From: Eledone cirrhosa
Taxonomy: Eukaryota
DNA length: 64,000 nucleotides
Reading direction: 5' to 3'
Assembly (NCBI GenBank): GCA_964016885.1
Contig: OZ024741.1
Location: forward strand, 117,862,001-117,926,000
Part shown: positions 39,322 to 53,801 of the stretch, piece after piece
How positions within the stretch are numbered: the first letter of the stretch is position 1
How the letters are laid out: the number at the start of each line of letters is the position of its first letter
Position numbers and translations under genes: made by a program
The notes under the pieces: generated by a model
Seen by the model: only the letters and a program-made list of their open reading frames with translations
Told to the model about the DNA's origin: nothing
Databases searched by the model: none

Positions 39322-39325
<4 letters not shown>
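38357..39325 (+). mobile_element. Fold-back element: 370-bp arms (38357-38726 / 38921-39290), short tail; variant HHR at ~39139-39185
   Basis: Near-perfect arms; TTGAAAA-GATGG(...)CCATC-GAAA-CCGG-TC; stem I weak. Confidence 0.88.
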
Positions 39326-39357
<32 letters not shown>

Positions 39358-39856
39358 GCGGACTGGGTCTAAATATATATATATATTGGCGGATTGGGTC
39401 TGAAAATATTGGTCGCCAGGAGATGAAGGGGGCCCACCTACATATAAAATGCTATCATTTAATTTCTAGAATAAATAAATAACATTTTCGAAAAATACAT
39501 AAGTGGAAACAAAACAGTGCAATCAAATTTTTGCGGGAAAATATATTACCTTCCCCAATAAAAAATATTATGTATTTTGCGAAATCCTGAGACTTTCAAT
39601 AATGATCAGAAGTCGACCCTAAATATTATTAATAGCTCTAGGAAAGCCATGAACGCCAGCACATCTTTTTAACTTTGATTTTAAAAGTAGGTTTATAATT
39701 ATCAATTTTCCTTATACTGTTTCATTTCTGTTACACCTCATTTCTGCCCCTTCTCTCTCTTTCTCTCTGTGATATTTGAATTTACTATGATTTGGGCTTT
39801 CTTTATTCATATATATATGTTTTTTGCATGTCAGATTCAAACTTACAAGGGTTGGC

Positions 39857-39908
<52 letters not shown>

Positions 39909-39909
<1 letters not shown>

Positions 39910-40720
39910 CTGAGGATGGATGTCTGTGTGTGAGTTCGAATCCCTAAAGTTCGAGAACCACCCAACCGACTGTTTTCAAACTTTACACATGTAATACTTA
40001 TGTTTCAGGGAGTGTTCTGAGCAAAAAGAATTTCAAATTTTCAATGCCCTAGGGACCGCATTAGGCGATTTAGCGATCTCGCTCTATAATTCTTAGTCTT
40101 TCTCTTTTTAGATAGATACATACATATAACGTCGCGCCCTTATATTATGTCTGTATGTCTGACTGTCTGCATTACGTCAGCAATACTAAGCTTAGCTAAG
40201 GCGGTTATATATTTCACACAACACTAAAAATGAAAGCCGGTAACTATGTATTAGTCAGTCTCTTCTTCATACCGTGAGGAAAGAAAATCCAACTTTTAGT
40301 GGAGCGAGTGAAACAAAGTCGACCCTGCTGCGATTCAAAAATCAGGTCTGCAGGTTATATATTTCACACAACACTAAACATTAAAGCTGGTAAAGAAAAA
40401 CATCGCTGTAATAGCTTCAGTTTGTTTACTTACGTGCCTTTACGAGAACAAATTTACTATTTTACCGCTTAGTATTGTAGAGAAGCACCAAACCGAATGT
40501 TTTCAAACTTTACACATCTAATACTTATGTTTCAGGGAGTGTTCTCAGCAAAAAATATTTCAAATTTTCAATGCCCTAGGGACCGCATTAGGCGATTTAG
40601 CGATATCGCTCTATAATTCTTAGTCTTTCTCTCGTTAGATAGCTACATAGATATAACGTCGCGCCCTTATATTATCTGTCTGTATGTCTGACTGTCTGCA
40701 TTACGTCACTTCCCTGAGGA

Positions 40721-40794
<74 letters not shown>

Positions 40795-41371
40795 TTTGAA
40801 TCCCTAAAACTCGAGAAGTACCCAACCAATTTTTTTTCAAACTTTACATGTGAATTACTTATGGATTACTTAGTGTTATGCACATAAAAAAATTAACTTT
40901 TTTTTATCTCCTATTAGGTGAAAAACTGCGTTTTTAAAGGTTTTTAGGTTTTTTTTGAGGCGTTACGTCAGACCGATTTCCTTGAAATTGTAACTATGTA
41001 TTAGTCAGTCTCTTCTTCATACCGTAAGCAAAGAAAATCCTACTTTCTTATGGCCTAGGTCCCGCATTAGGTGAAAAACTTCATTGTTTCATCTTCTTAG
41101 GTGCTTTTGGAGGCGTTACGTCTAGCCGATTTTCCCGAAATTTAAAGACATATTATGCACATAAAAAATTCATTTTCTTGATCCCGCATTAGGTGAAAAC
41201 CTACATTTTCCTGCTTCATCGAGGAAAATCTTAAAGTTTATCCAGCCAGCAGAGTATTCGGTTTATTTTCTTTACATATTGTCCAGGCATGCAGTTTTTC
41301 CACGATTAGATCTGTTGGCGGCCCGCATTCCAAAATACCTTATCCCGTGCAACGCCGGGTACCACTGGTAG
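39909..41371 (+). mobile_element. Non-autonomous Helitron with internal duplications
   Basis: 3' hairpin CCCGTGCAACGCCGGG plus GTAG; 39965-40180 repeated at 40490-40710. Confidence 0.75.
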
Positions 41372-41379
41372 TATATATA

Positions 41380-41442
<63 letters not shown>

Positions 41443-42078
41443 GTCATTCGATCGACTTTCGTCAAATCGGACCGAAGAAACGATGTTTCCATGGGTCTTT
41501 CCAGTTGCTAATACTATCTATCGGTCGCAAATCCAGGTAATATATATATATATATATATATATTACAGCTCGTAGCATAGGTGAAAGGAGAGACCAACAC
41601 TGGGGGAACTAAAAGGACGAAAAAACGGGTCAGTACTATACGAACATGCTAGACAACAACATGACGGTAACATAGACAACATAGAAATTAGAATAATATC
41701 TAAACATAGAAATGAGCCAGCAGATAGGCAAATCAGAGAGGCCAGTGAAATAGAAATTAGAAGACCAAGGCTAAACAGAAAGAATGAATGGAATAACAAC
41801 AACACCCAAACAAACAACACTGACCTAAGAGAAGTATAAATAAGTAAATAAAATAAAATAAATAAATAAATAAATAAACACACAAGCACAATAACAACAA
41901 GCACATAAACACACACTAGTCACCCATCACACAGCAAACAAAACACTATACACACACGCAAACGCATGCGCAAAGAAGACAAAATAAAATAAACAAACAA
42001 GCAAATAAATAAATAAATATATAGACAGACTGAATAAAAATGGCGTAGATATACAGTACAACAGGAGGAAAATATAAC

Positions 42079-42120
42079 ACCACTGACGATGTTGCAGATG
42101 TGCAACGAAAGATTTATGAT
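42079..42120 (+). ncRNA. Hammerhead ribozyme in pLTR (second copy 46200-46241)
   Basis: ACCA-CTGACGA-T-GTTGCA(GATG)TGCAAC-GAAA-GATT-TA-TGAT; stems I and III imperfect. Confidence 0.7.
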
Positions 42121-42303
42121 AAACTATATATATGTGTTTGTGTCTATATTGTATGTGTATTATTTTTGACCATCGGTCAGTCAATGGCAACATTGAGGAC
42201 CGAGTAAGTTAGATTACCGATATAAAAGACACAGAAGCGAGAAGCGAAAACCAACCAAACAGTGAGTGTGTTCTGTTATTAATTCTGGCAATATTACACA
42301 AAT

Positions 42304-45300
42304 ATGACCCTCCCCAAGTATAACAATATTTGTTTCGACACACGATTTCATATAAAAAACCTCACAAAACTAATTCATCGTCGCTATGGCACTAGCTTGT
42401 GCCAAGCTGAAAGGTTATTGAAAGACACTGTTTTCTGTTATATAAAAACTACAATAACAACAGAACAAATCCACTTCTTAAAACACTGTGTTTCCTTCAA
42501 AATATACACAACAAACATATCAAAACAAGTAAATAATTTATTATTGAACAAATCACAAGCTGAACGACTAAAACACACAATAACAGTTAATATGAAAAGA
42601 ACAACATACACAAAAGTTAACGAACTTTACAGACAGAAACGCATTAACGGTAAGGAAATCCGAAATCTCATCACACCAAACGAGAGGGATAACTTCATGA
42701 GCGACATTCGACGTGAAACGAAATACGCTCGAAACGAATGCAATAGGCATTTCAATAAGAAATTAGAATGGATGAATAAGAAAAAACTACAAGAAAGGAA
42801 AATCGAATATTCTCATAAATACCCAGATAACATCGACAATATCCGTATGACTGATGTAAAACTACCGGAAGAATTTACCAATGACCACACAGTAAATATT
42901 TATGGGAACACTTTAATCAGTGAACAAGAACAACAAATCCTGCGGCTCCCACCAAAATTTGCCATTTACAAAAAGATTAACCCTATGGAGTGCAAAACGG
43001 CGCTGGAAAAGTGTTTCACAAAAATACGTTGGAATGCAAAGGTAAACAACAACAACAACAACAATAATAACGGTAGTAGTAATATAAACAATAACTCTGA
43101 GTAAAGAAATAACAGCCATGACAATAACAATAGCAGGAAAGTGAGAAATAATGATAATGGTAATAATACTAGCGATAGACAGAACAACAACAACCACAAT
43201 AATAATAATAATAGAAACATTAACCACAGACACAGCAGCAGCGACCACAGTAGTAATAACGCTAACAATACGAACAACAACAACAATAACCACAGTGGTA
43301 ATAATGGAAATAGTACATGTAGCAACATCAATGATAGACACAACAAAAACAAGAAACATAATAAAAGTAACAACCACAATGGTAGAAATAACAGTAACAA
43401 CAACAACAACAATAACGGTGAAGTAAACAACAATACATCTAGCAATCATAACAATAATAATAATGCTAATGATAGAAACAACAACAACCACCATGATAAC
43501 AATAATAGCAACACACACAACTATGACGATAGATATAATGACAACCCCTTAGAGAAACTATTTTTCAACCCAGCTGACAAAACATATAAGATGGGCAATA
43601 TCTATCCTACGAGGTTACCCTTTAATAAAAGAGTTTGCATACCACAACAAATAGATGACGAGACAGAGGCACAGTTCACCATAGCTAGAAATAAGATTAG
43701 ACAAATAGTAGACAGGTATACTAAGAGACAGAGCAGACCAGAGGCCCAATAACTTGGGAGGAAACCTGTAGAAGGCTTGGTTAGCCTCAAGCAGCGCACA
43801 AGGGATGGTGAGGTAGTAAGTCTACCCACGGATAAGTCTGGTAGGATGTCAATAGATAACATGCCGAACTACATCAAGGTTATGCAACCCCACATCACCA
43901 ACACGAGCGAAATTGCACAACAAACACACGATGGGAGAGAGAAAATCCTCAACGCTCACATGATGATGTGGACTGACATCCTAAAGCCAAGCAGACGCAC
44001 TGCCAACAACTTCCAGGCGTCTAACAATGGCATACCACCCTTGTATGGGCTCCGCAAAGACCACAAGACAGTCGACGACCCGACAACAGGACCACCAACA
44101 AGACCCGTATGCGGAGCTAATATAGCTAGCAACTACAGGATCTCCTACTTCCTCTCTAATGGTTATACGCTCCATGATCAAGATGTCCCCAGATGTATGT
44201 GACAGTACGGAGGACCTCCTCAGCAGAATCAGTGAGTGCAACAAAAACAGGAACCTATCCAACTGCATAATAGGCAGCATGGATGTGGTGTCACTGTACC
44301 CATCCATTAACATTGATTTTGCTGTGAAAAGATGTGTGGAGATGATCATTGAGAGTGAGGTGGAGTTCTGCGACGTCGACACAGACGAACTGGGCCTCCT
44401 ACTTAGACTTACCTACGACACTGACTACCTAGACAGCCATGACCTTAGATGTTTCTGCCCTAGTAGACCTATAAGAGGTAGACCCCCCACCATAACCTCT
44501 ATGGCAAAAAAGACTTCCATGGGAAGGTGGATTGGGTGGACAAAAGCTATACGGACCCCCCAAAACAATGATCAGGTAAGAAAAATGGTCGCACATGCAA
44601 TAGGGGCTAGTATCAAAACTACCCTAAAGGGCCACATAGTTAAGTTCAACGAGAAGATCTACACCCAAAATGAGGGAGCAGCCATCGGCGTCAGCATAGC
44701 TGGTGATGTTGCCAACCTTTTCATGGTATGGTGGGAAAGGAGACTTAAAGATCTCCTTAATGAGAGCTCCATAGACCTCATCATGTACTCTTGTTATGTA
44801 GACGATATCAATATAGTTATAAGAACACCCCCACTAGAGAGCACTAACAAGTTTGATTTAGAACGTAGCACGATGGAAAGCATCCAGCAGATAGCTAATT
44901 CCATACACCAGAGTATAACTGTAACTATCGACTTCCCTTCCAAACACCCTAACAATAGACTACCTGTATTAGACACAGAACTCTGGATTAACACTATAGA
45001 CGAGAGAGCCCAAATTCTCCACTCACACTATGCTAAACCCATGGCCTCCAAATACCTGATACTCAAAAACTCAGCAATGTCCAGTAGTGCTAAGTTTAAT
45101 ATTCTGATCGCAGATTTGGTACGAGTGATGAAGAATGTGTTCCGCATGTGCGACCCAACAGAAATGGAACGACACATCCAACACTTCATCAACCGCATGC
45201 AGTTCTCTGGCTACAACCAAAGAGACAGAGTCAGAGTATACGAAGGAGCCATGGAAAAGTATAAGACCCTCATAGAACTGGACATGAAAGGAATTTGCCC

Positions 45301-45952
45301 ACTATACAGGAGAAAATCATGGAATAGTTTAGATAGGGCTAGACATAAGATAGGGAAAGCCACCTCATGGTACGACAACAAGAGATACCAGAGTGTCATG
45401 TTTGTGGACGCTACCCCTGGAGGAAAATTAGCTAACCAGTGTAGAAAGGCCCTGAGAAAGACCCACTTAAAAATAAAGGTGGTAGAAAAGCCAGGAACCA
45501 CCATAAAATCCCTGATCAGCAAAACCTACCCTTTTAAGAAAACCCACTGTACCAATAGGAAATGTATCATATGTAAGGTGAACCCCCGGATAAACAGTAA
45601 AACTAGAAACGTAGTCTATAGCATAAGATGTACAGAGGTTACCTGCAGAAACATGACAACAACATACATAGGTGAGACAGCTCGTAGCATAGGTGAAAGG
45701 ATAGACCAACACTGGGGGGAACTAAAAGGACGAAAAAACGGGTCAGTACTATACGAACATGCTAGACAACAACATGACGGTAACATAGACAACATAGAAA
45801 TTAGAATAATATCTAAACATAGAAATGACCCAGCAGATAGGAAAATCAGAGAGGCCAGTGAAATAGAAATTAGAAGACCAAGGCTAAACAGAAAGAATGA
45901 ATGGAATAACAACAACACCCAAATAAACAACACTGACCTAAGAGAAGTATAA
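42304..45952 (+). pseudogene. PLE ORF: N-terminal domain, Asn-rich insert, RT, C-terminal GIY-YIG; two in-frame TAA (43102, 43750) and a frameshift near 44160
   Basis: LPTDKSG, PLYGLRKDHK, RPVC, SMDVVSLYPSI, QNEGAAIG, YVDDI, LPVLD, NVVYSIRC...YIGETARSIGERIDQH. Confidence 0.92.
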
Positions 45953-46441
45953 ATAAGTAAATAAAATAAAATAAATAAATAAATAAATAAATAAATACAC
46001 ACACAAGCACAATAACAACAAGCACATAAACACACACTAGTCACCCATCACACAGCAAACAAAACACTATACACACACGGAAACGCATGCGCAAAGAAGA
46101 CAAAATAAAATAAACAAACAAGCAAATAAATAAATAAATATATAGACAGACTGAATAAAAATGGCGTAGACATACAGTACAACAGGAGAAAAATATAACA
46201 CCACTGACGATGTTGCAGATGTGCAACGAAAGATTTATGATAAACTATATATATGTGTTTGTGTCTATATTGTATGTGTATTATTTTTGACCGTCGGTCA
46301 GTCAATGGCAACATTGAGGACCGAGTAAGTTAGATTACCGATATAAAAGACACCGAAGCGAGAAGCGAAAACCAACCAAACAGTGAGTGTGTTCTGTTAT
46401 TAATTCTGGCAATATTACACAAATATGACCCTCCCCAAGTA

Positions 46442-46512
<71 letters not shown>

Positions 46513-46516
<4 letters not shown>

Positions 46517-48937
46517 ATACTATTTACAGTTATGTATATAGTATAAACAACTATAAACAGGAAGGTCAGTAATTTCCTTTTACCTTATTACCAGTAAGAG
46601 AAATAGCTCACTGTATGAACATCAGTTGTTTCACAGAGGAGGAAAATAAATAAATTATACAATTATCAGAGTTGTGTTCAAATCATTAAATAGCAGACAA
46701 TCGTTTCTTCCAAACTCTCATTTGAAGTCATCGGAATCATTCAATCACCCTTTCAATCTAAACATCTCTACCAACTTGCCTAAGGCTTTCTTCTCAATCT
46801 TAGAAAAAACTTCCCGACCGGCCACAAGTACCATAACCTTATCAATAAACATACAATTAAAATATCGTACTCCACCACACCTAACATAGCATACCATATA
46901 GCTAGTAGTAATAAAAGGAAAATTAATAATTATTTCCAACTAATTAAAACACAACAGGAGGTAAACTTAGTACCTGTAAACAATAGTAGTAATAATAGTA
47001 ATAATGATAATAACACTAATGAAATCAATAACAATACGAATGATAGACATCATTACCCTAGTGCTATCCCTAGCAACCAGAATTCTTCACAACATAGGAA
47101 CCGGCAAGCTAACACCCAGAATAAATGTAACTGTAGAACTAATAGAACTTGCCCCTTAGGTAATAATTGCTTAACGAAAGACAACGTCTACTCATGCACC
47201 GTCAACGCAAACAACTCTTCTAAAACATATATCGGCTCTACTTCGAACAGCATCAAGACGAGATACAACTCACACCTCCACTCTTTCAAGAAACACAATC
47301 TAGCCAACTCCACTTCTTTATCTAGCTACGTACACTCTCTGAAAACTAGGAATAGACCATTTACACTGCAATGGGAAGTAGTAGGTAGGGCATCATCGTA
47401 TAAACCACCGAATAAATTGTGTAATCTCTGTCTTCTAGAGACCCATACTATAGTCTTTTCGAAACCAGACCTCCTTAATAAAAAGTCGGAGACATTTTCC
47501 TCGTGCCAACACCGATACCGTCACTCTTTCCATAACTTTAAACCTAGCTGTTAGTATTTATCAATGTCAGATTTGAATTCTCCACCACATTTAACACTTC
47601 ACACTCTTTGATCAGCTCTTCCTTCTACACAACACCGATGTACCTCTAACCTTATACTCTGCAATAACTGTTAGAATTAAACATAAAGTTACCACCTTTT
47701 GGTATAACTAGTATAGCTTAATTATATTATATAAAGTAATGGATATTTAATATGTTGGGACATTTAATGTAATATGTAATAATAAATTAGATACACATGT
47801 ATCTAATTAAATACTTAAATTAATAACATGTATATAAGGGATCTACCTTTAACACAATGTAGTAATAATAAAGTATATATACATTTATATTTAAATATAT
47901 AATGTAATAGCATTGTATGCATGGGATTAATTTTTAAACAATAATGTATATTGTTGCATATGTGATATATCTAGTTAAATATATAAACAGCTATTTTCCA
48001 TAACATATATCTTGTCCAGTAATGAATGGATAACAATCTTAAGGGACCTTTAATGTATTATAATAAAACACACTGTGTTTAAAATCAAGTATAAATGTAT
48101 AGCATTATGTAATAGAGATTCTATTGTATCACATTATAATGTGTATTAGAGCAAAGATTTTGAATAACTGAATTTAATTAGCTAGTTACCTCCCCTTACG
48201 CATTAGTTCCCCTTACTCACTTCCGGATATTTTAACCGTTAGAAAACCTAGCTGTTGAACTAATGTAGACCATGTATATGAATACAATAAGACTAATTTA
48301 CAATCCATTGCTTTAACTAACTTAAACATTCAATATAAACATTAACTAAAATATAATTCAACATATGTAATGGAAGAGACTGCAATAACTTTATTCTCCT
48401 CAACACACACAAATTCAGACACTATCAACAAACTACGTCCACCTTAGATTTTAATACAATACAGTTTTGCTTAAAACACAGTATTTATTTATCTATAGAT
48501 ACATAATAACTTTGCTTATTTCCTTCTCATATGTATGTCTAACGCATGTGCACTTTCTACACACCTGCATATGTATTGCTAATGATCTCTTTCTTTCTCA
48601 AAGCTCCTTTCACAATGGACTATTGGACTATTCTCTTGTATTATGTGTTGCATGTATTCCACTCTGTGCTTTTAATTTTAATTTTAATTTTAATTTTAAT
48701 TTTAATTTTAAATTTTGTACAATTATCGTAAAATATATGTCACATCCATTCCACCCTGTAAATACGAAACTGTTGCTCACAGCATCAATATATATGTATC
48801 TATATTATTGTTCAGTTGAATAGGAGGCTAATTACATGTACAAACATTGATAATGCTCCGATGATTCCAAATGAGAGTTTGGAAGAAACGATTGTCAGCT
48901 ATTAAATGATTTGAACACAACTTTGATAATTGTATAA

Positions 48938-48950
<13 letters not shown>
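46513..48950 (+). mobile_element. 5'-truncated PLE: GIY-YIG remnant 46745-47554, long 3' UTR, inverted arm plus tail at left (46513-46745)
   Basis: CNCRTNRTCPLGNNC, VY...YIGSTSNSIKTRYNSH; 46645-46740 is the reverse complement of 48850-48948. Confidence 0.85.
48855..48899 (+). ncRNA. Hammerhead ribozyme with CCGATGA core (mirror ~46693-46737)
   Basis: GCT-CCGATGA-TTCCAAA(TGAGAG)TTTGGAA-GAAA-CGATTG-TC-AGC. Confidence 0.7.
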
Positions 48951-48990
<40 letters not shown>

Positions 48991-49263
48991 TGTTTGCTAA
49001 AATAATCAAATTAAATTAATTCAACAGTTAAACACACATAGGAATAATAAGGTTTTTTCCAAAGGGCCAGAAGATTGACAAGTCGATCCTAAATATTACT
49101 ACGGTAATAGCTCTAGGGAAGCCATGAACGACACCAAATCTTTTTAACTTTGATTTTGAAAGTAGGTATATAATTATCAATTTTCCTTATACTTTCGTAG
49201 ATGAATCGGTGGCCTAGTTGGAGGAATCATAGAAGGTAGTGAGCCTGTTTTTACTATTGGTTA

Positions 49264-51620
49264 TGTAGCAAGAGTTGCTTCCCTTGTTATGACGTCACAT
49301 CAGCAGCAGCGCTTGTACAAATAGGACAGTCTAACTGCAGCGTTCGAAGAAGCCAGACGTTAATAGTTTCGCTCTGACAATTAACGACGTGATGGGATCC
49401 CCACCATGGGACCTTCACGCAATAAACTCTTCAGTCGATTCTTTGGGACATTAAACATCCAGGTATGACTTAACATTTATGCACACACCACTCCATCAAT
49501 AAAACATTTGTTACGTTGATAAGCTCTGTTGTTTTTACTCTGATACCGATGTTTACGATACCAATAACTTTCAGTGAATTCAATGGAGTCATAACATATA
49601 AAAGATAGAAGATATTCCCATCCAGGACGACCATCTCTTCTAAAGTGGTGAACCCCGACGATAAATCAAGAAAATGCAGCCTATTTAATTTCGCCATTCG
49701 CTTTAATGGTGACATCGAATGACTTATTGAACTGTTGATTCGCGCAGACAGATGAAACGAACACACAGACACACGTTGAACTTTTCGTTTGGACAAACTT
49801 TTTCTCACCTACGTGACGCTATTTCGGAAAAAAAAAAAAAAAATTCCTCTAACAACATTCCACATGGATTTTTTCTCCGAAACTGTCTACAACGAAAAAT
49901 AGAAGTAATCTTTTTCTCAGCAGCAAACAAACAAGAAAAAATTTTGCTCTTCACCTCACGTGTTTACATCGTTTAAATGTGTTTCACTCACTGGATATAT
50001 TCTTCGTTCTTCTCACAACGAACACTCAAAAAAGACTTGGACTCCTGTATTCTTATATTCAACATGTCAATTTTGATGAACATCACAGCTCGCTTACTCA
50101 TTCAACTAAGCCTTTTTTCGCTACTTTTTCATCACTTTCACAAAAAAATTGAACTCTTGCCATATTTGTTAAACAAAGTGAATATAGCCTTTCCTTCTTT
50201 TTCATCATATTATCACGTTCACACACACATTTTCAAAATGGCTGCCAACGACCTGTTCCACTATCATTTTCGCGCCATTTTCTCGCGCAAAAGAAATATT
50301 TTTTTTATTCAACTTGACTTTAACCTTGTTTCGGCACGTGTGTGGGAGCAAACATCTCGACTCACTGAGATAACATGCGCCATAGATAATGTTTCTTGCC
50401 AAGGATTCTCCAGCCTTAAGCTATATTCTCCTATTTGCCGGTTTAAAAATTTACCACGTAAATTTGCCGTTGAAAACTGGGCATTTTTTCAGAATGCTTA
50501 TTTCTATGGTCGCTGGCCTCTTGACTCATCCAGGTCAACGCGTTCTCAACATCGACCATCAACTTTGGCTGTTATTTCTAGAACTTTCCGCAACTCATTT
50601 TTTCTGGGAAACTTTTTACTGTGAATTGAAACAACTTCGAATAGGCTATCTCACTCCGCGAGACAACAACATCAACAACAACAACAACAGCTTCATCCGC
50701 GGTCTACCAACAACTCAAACCAGCAGAACCGAATAGAGAATTTATTTTTGCAGTTCTCTTCCTGTGAGAAAATCCCACCGCCTTCGGAGGTTGGGAATTT
50801 CACGTTGTACCACAGTCCAGAAACCACCTGCATACATTCTCTTGAGGACACACTCTCTTTTCTGCTGTCATGTGCTAACATACCTGTGAACCTTATTTTG
50901 AACATTTGAACTTTGTTTATAATTTTGTTCGAGCACGTGTCTTTGCTCATTTGACCTCTTCTTTTAAGTTAATTACATTGTATCTTTGTGTGATGGATAG
51001 ACAGATGTCCAGTCGTTCTCTGGCCAAGAGCGGTTGGCTACCTTGATATCTATCATTAATTTTTGCATGCTTATATTTTGCTGTTTGCTTTTGTTGCAAA
51101 CATTATTTTTTGTAATTTTCATACCTGGACTTTAGTGTTACATGCTCGCCATCTTACTTCATACATGGTTGATTCGATTTTTATGTTTTAAAAATCTGGC
51201 GGGAGATAATGTAGCAAGAGTTGCCTCCCTTGTTATGGCGTCACATCAGCAGCAACGCTTGTACAAACAGGACAGTCTAACTGCAGCGTTCGAAGAAGCC
51301 AGACGTTAATAGTTTCGCTCTGACTATTAACCACGTGATGGGATCCCCACCATGGGACCTTCATGCAATAATCTCTTCAGTCCATTCTTTGGGACATTAA
51401 ACATCTAGGTATGACTTATCATTTATGCACACATCACTCCATCAATAAAACATGTGTTACGTTGATAAGCTCTGTTGTTTTTACTCTGATACCGATGTAT
51501 ACGATACCAATAACTTTCAGTGAATTCAATGGAGTTATAACATATAAAAGATAGAAGATATTCCCATCCAGGATGACCATCTCTTCTAAAGTTGTAAAAT
51601 AAAAACCGAAAACGGTTACA
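49264..51620 (+). mobile_element. Decayed, internally deleted LTR retrotransposon (Gypsy-like); LTRs 49264-49645 and 51210-51620
   Basis: ~390-bp direct repeats, TG...CA; PBS-like TGGTGAACCCCGACG; purine-rich GGCGGGAGATAA before the 3' LTR; no clear TSD or intact pol. Confidence 0.8.
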
Positions 51621-52005
51621 TGCACCTTTTGAACAGGATTGAACCCAACCGATTCTAGTTACTACCACTAGGCCACAGAGACAACTACGAAAGTCTTATG
51701 AAAATTTATACTTATTCAAAATTTTCAAAACAAAGTGTTGTGGTGTCGTTCATATCTTTCTTAATGTTATTGCTCCTACTTAAGGTCGACTTCTAAATCA
51801 TTTGGGTGTTCCATAAACTACATCCTCGTTTTGTTTCTCATCTATCTAGACTACATTTTAACCTGCAATCCATGTATCATTTCTGTTCCACCTCATTCCC
51901 CCCCCCCTCTCTGTGATATTTGAATCTACTATGATTTGGGCTTACCTTATTCCTATATATATGTTTTTGCTTGTCAGTTAGATTCAAACTTACAATGATT
52001 GGCAT

Positions 52006-52041
<36 letters not shown>

Positions 52042-52044
<3 letters not shown>

Positions 52045-53700
52045 GAAGAAGAGACCCTACCCCAAGTAGACCCTATAGAGGGCCAGCAGTACAAGTCAGC
52101 AGCAGCGTAGTAAGTAAGGCAATCAAAGATATGAAGATGGGGAAGGCAACCGGTCCATCGGGTATAGCTGCCGAGATGCTGAAGGCATCTGGGTCTGTAG
52201 GTCACATTATAACCACACGTATTGTTAACCAGGTAATACTAGAAGGTGTCATACCAAAAGATTGGTGCAGTAGCATCATTGTCAACTGCTACAAAGGTAA
52301 AGGCGATGCACTAGATAGAGGAAACTATAGAGGTATAAAGTTGATGGACCAGGTCATGAAAGTAACAGAAAGAGTTATAGCACAGTTGATTAGGGACCGG
52401 GTGAAAATAGACGAGATGCAATTTGGGTTTGTACCAGGAAGAGGCACCACTGATGCCCTCTTCCTTGTGAGGCAATTACAGGAAAAGTACCTAGCTAAAA
52501 GTAAGCCACTCTACTTGGCATTTGTCGACCTTGAGAAAGCCTTGACAGAGTTCCACGTGCTGTAATCTGGTGGGCTCTTAGAAAACTAGGAGTAGATGAA
52601 TGGCTTGTGAAAGCGGTACAAGCCATGTATAGGGGAGCAGTCAGCAAAGTTAGGATTAGCAATGAGTATAGCGAGGAATTTAGCGTACAGGTTGGGGTCC
52701 ACCAGGGCTCTGTTCTTAGCCCTCTCCTGTTCATCATAGTCCTGCAGGCAATAACGGAGGAGTTTAAGACCGGATGCCCATGGGAACTCCTGTATGCTGA
52801 TGACCTCGCACTCATAGCTGAATCTATGGTAGAACTAGAGAATAAATTCCAAACTTGGAAGCAGGGACTAGAAAGAGTCTCAAAGTCAACATGACAAAGA
52901 CTAAGGTCCTTGTAAGTAGACGAGAAAACAGAACCCAGATCCCCTCAGGGAAATGGCCTTGCTCAGTATGTAGGAAAGGTGTAGGTAGGAACTCCATTCT
53001 CTGCCCCAAATGCAAACAATGGGTACACAAGAGATGTAGTGGGATCTCAGGAAGCTTAACTAAGAATGTAGGCTTCACATGCAGCAGCTGTGCTGAGACA
53101 GCAAGCAGCAAACAGCCACAGGAAACAAGTACCACCAATCTCTGGGAGGGCTCTGTAGAAACAGTAGACAGCTTCTGCTACCTAGGTGACCGAATTAGTA
53201 GCGGAGGTGGGTGTTCAGAAAGTACAATAACTAGGGTAAGAACAGGATGGAAGAAGTTCAGGGAGCTACTGCCACTGCTAGCTGCAAAAGGCTTTTCCCT
53301 CAAAATGAAAGGCAGACTGTATGATGCATGTATCCGAACAGCGATGTTGCATGGTAGTGAGACCTGGGCGCTGAAGGTGGAAGACTTACGTAGATTAGAG
53401 AGAAACGAAGCCTGCATGCTCCGATGGATGTGTAACAGTAATATACGTGAACGACAAAGCATAAATGAATTGAGAGAGAGACTGAGCATAAGATGAATCA
53501 AATGCTGTGTGCAGGAGAGGCGGTTGCGCTGGTATGGACATGTGATGCGTATGAAGGATGACAGCTGCATAAAAAGGTGCAGAGCACTAGAAGTCATTGG
53601 AAACCGCAGAGTGGGGAGACCCAAGATGACCTGGGATGAGGTGATAAAAGCCGACCTTACCCAATTACACCTCTCAAAGGCGATGACACACGACCGTGAC
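52042..53700 (+). mobile_element. RTE-clade LINE, 5'-truncated RT region with a Cys-rich insert; frameshifted
   Basis: KATGPSGI, YKGKGD, NYRGIKL, QFGFVPGRGTTDA, FVDLEKA, GVHQGSVLSPLLF, LLYADDL, CSVC...CPKCKQWVHKRC, FCYLG. Confidence 0.93.
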
Positions 53701-53744
53701 TTATCGCGCCCTCTTTGGATTTTAGTCTTCAAATTTATTATTAT

Positions 53745-53801
<57 letters not shown>

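Larger units (their letters stand above)
41565..46445 (+). mobile_element. Full-length-like Penelope element in partial-tandem form; ~760-bp direct pseudo-LTRs (41565-42324, 45677-46445)
   Basis: Direct repeats overlap the ORF 3' end and the start codon; (TA)n on both flanks. Confidence 0.93.

Noticed and set aside
43102-43752. In-frame stops in the PLE ORF as possible selenocysteine recoding (as in Naiad PLEs)
   Set aside because: The stops are TAA, not TGA, and the endonuclease is C-terminal; ordinary decay is more likely.
49977-50624. 215-aa ORF inside the LTR element
   Set aside because: No recognisable gag or pol motif in this frame; likely a chance ORF in decayed sequence.
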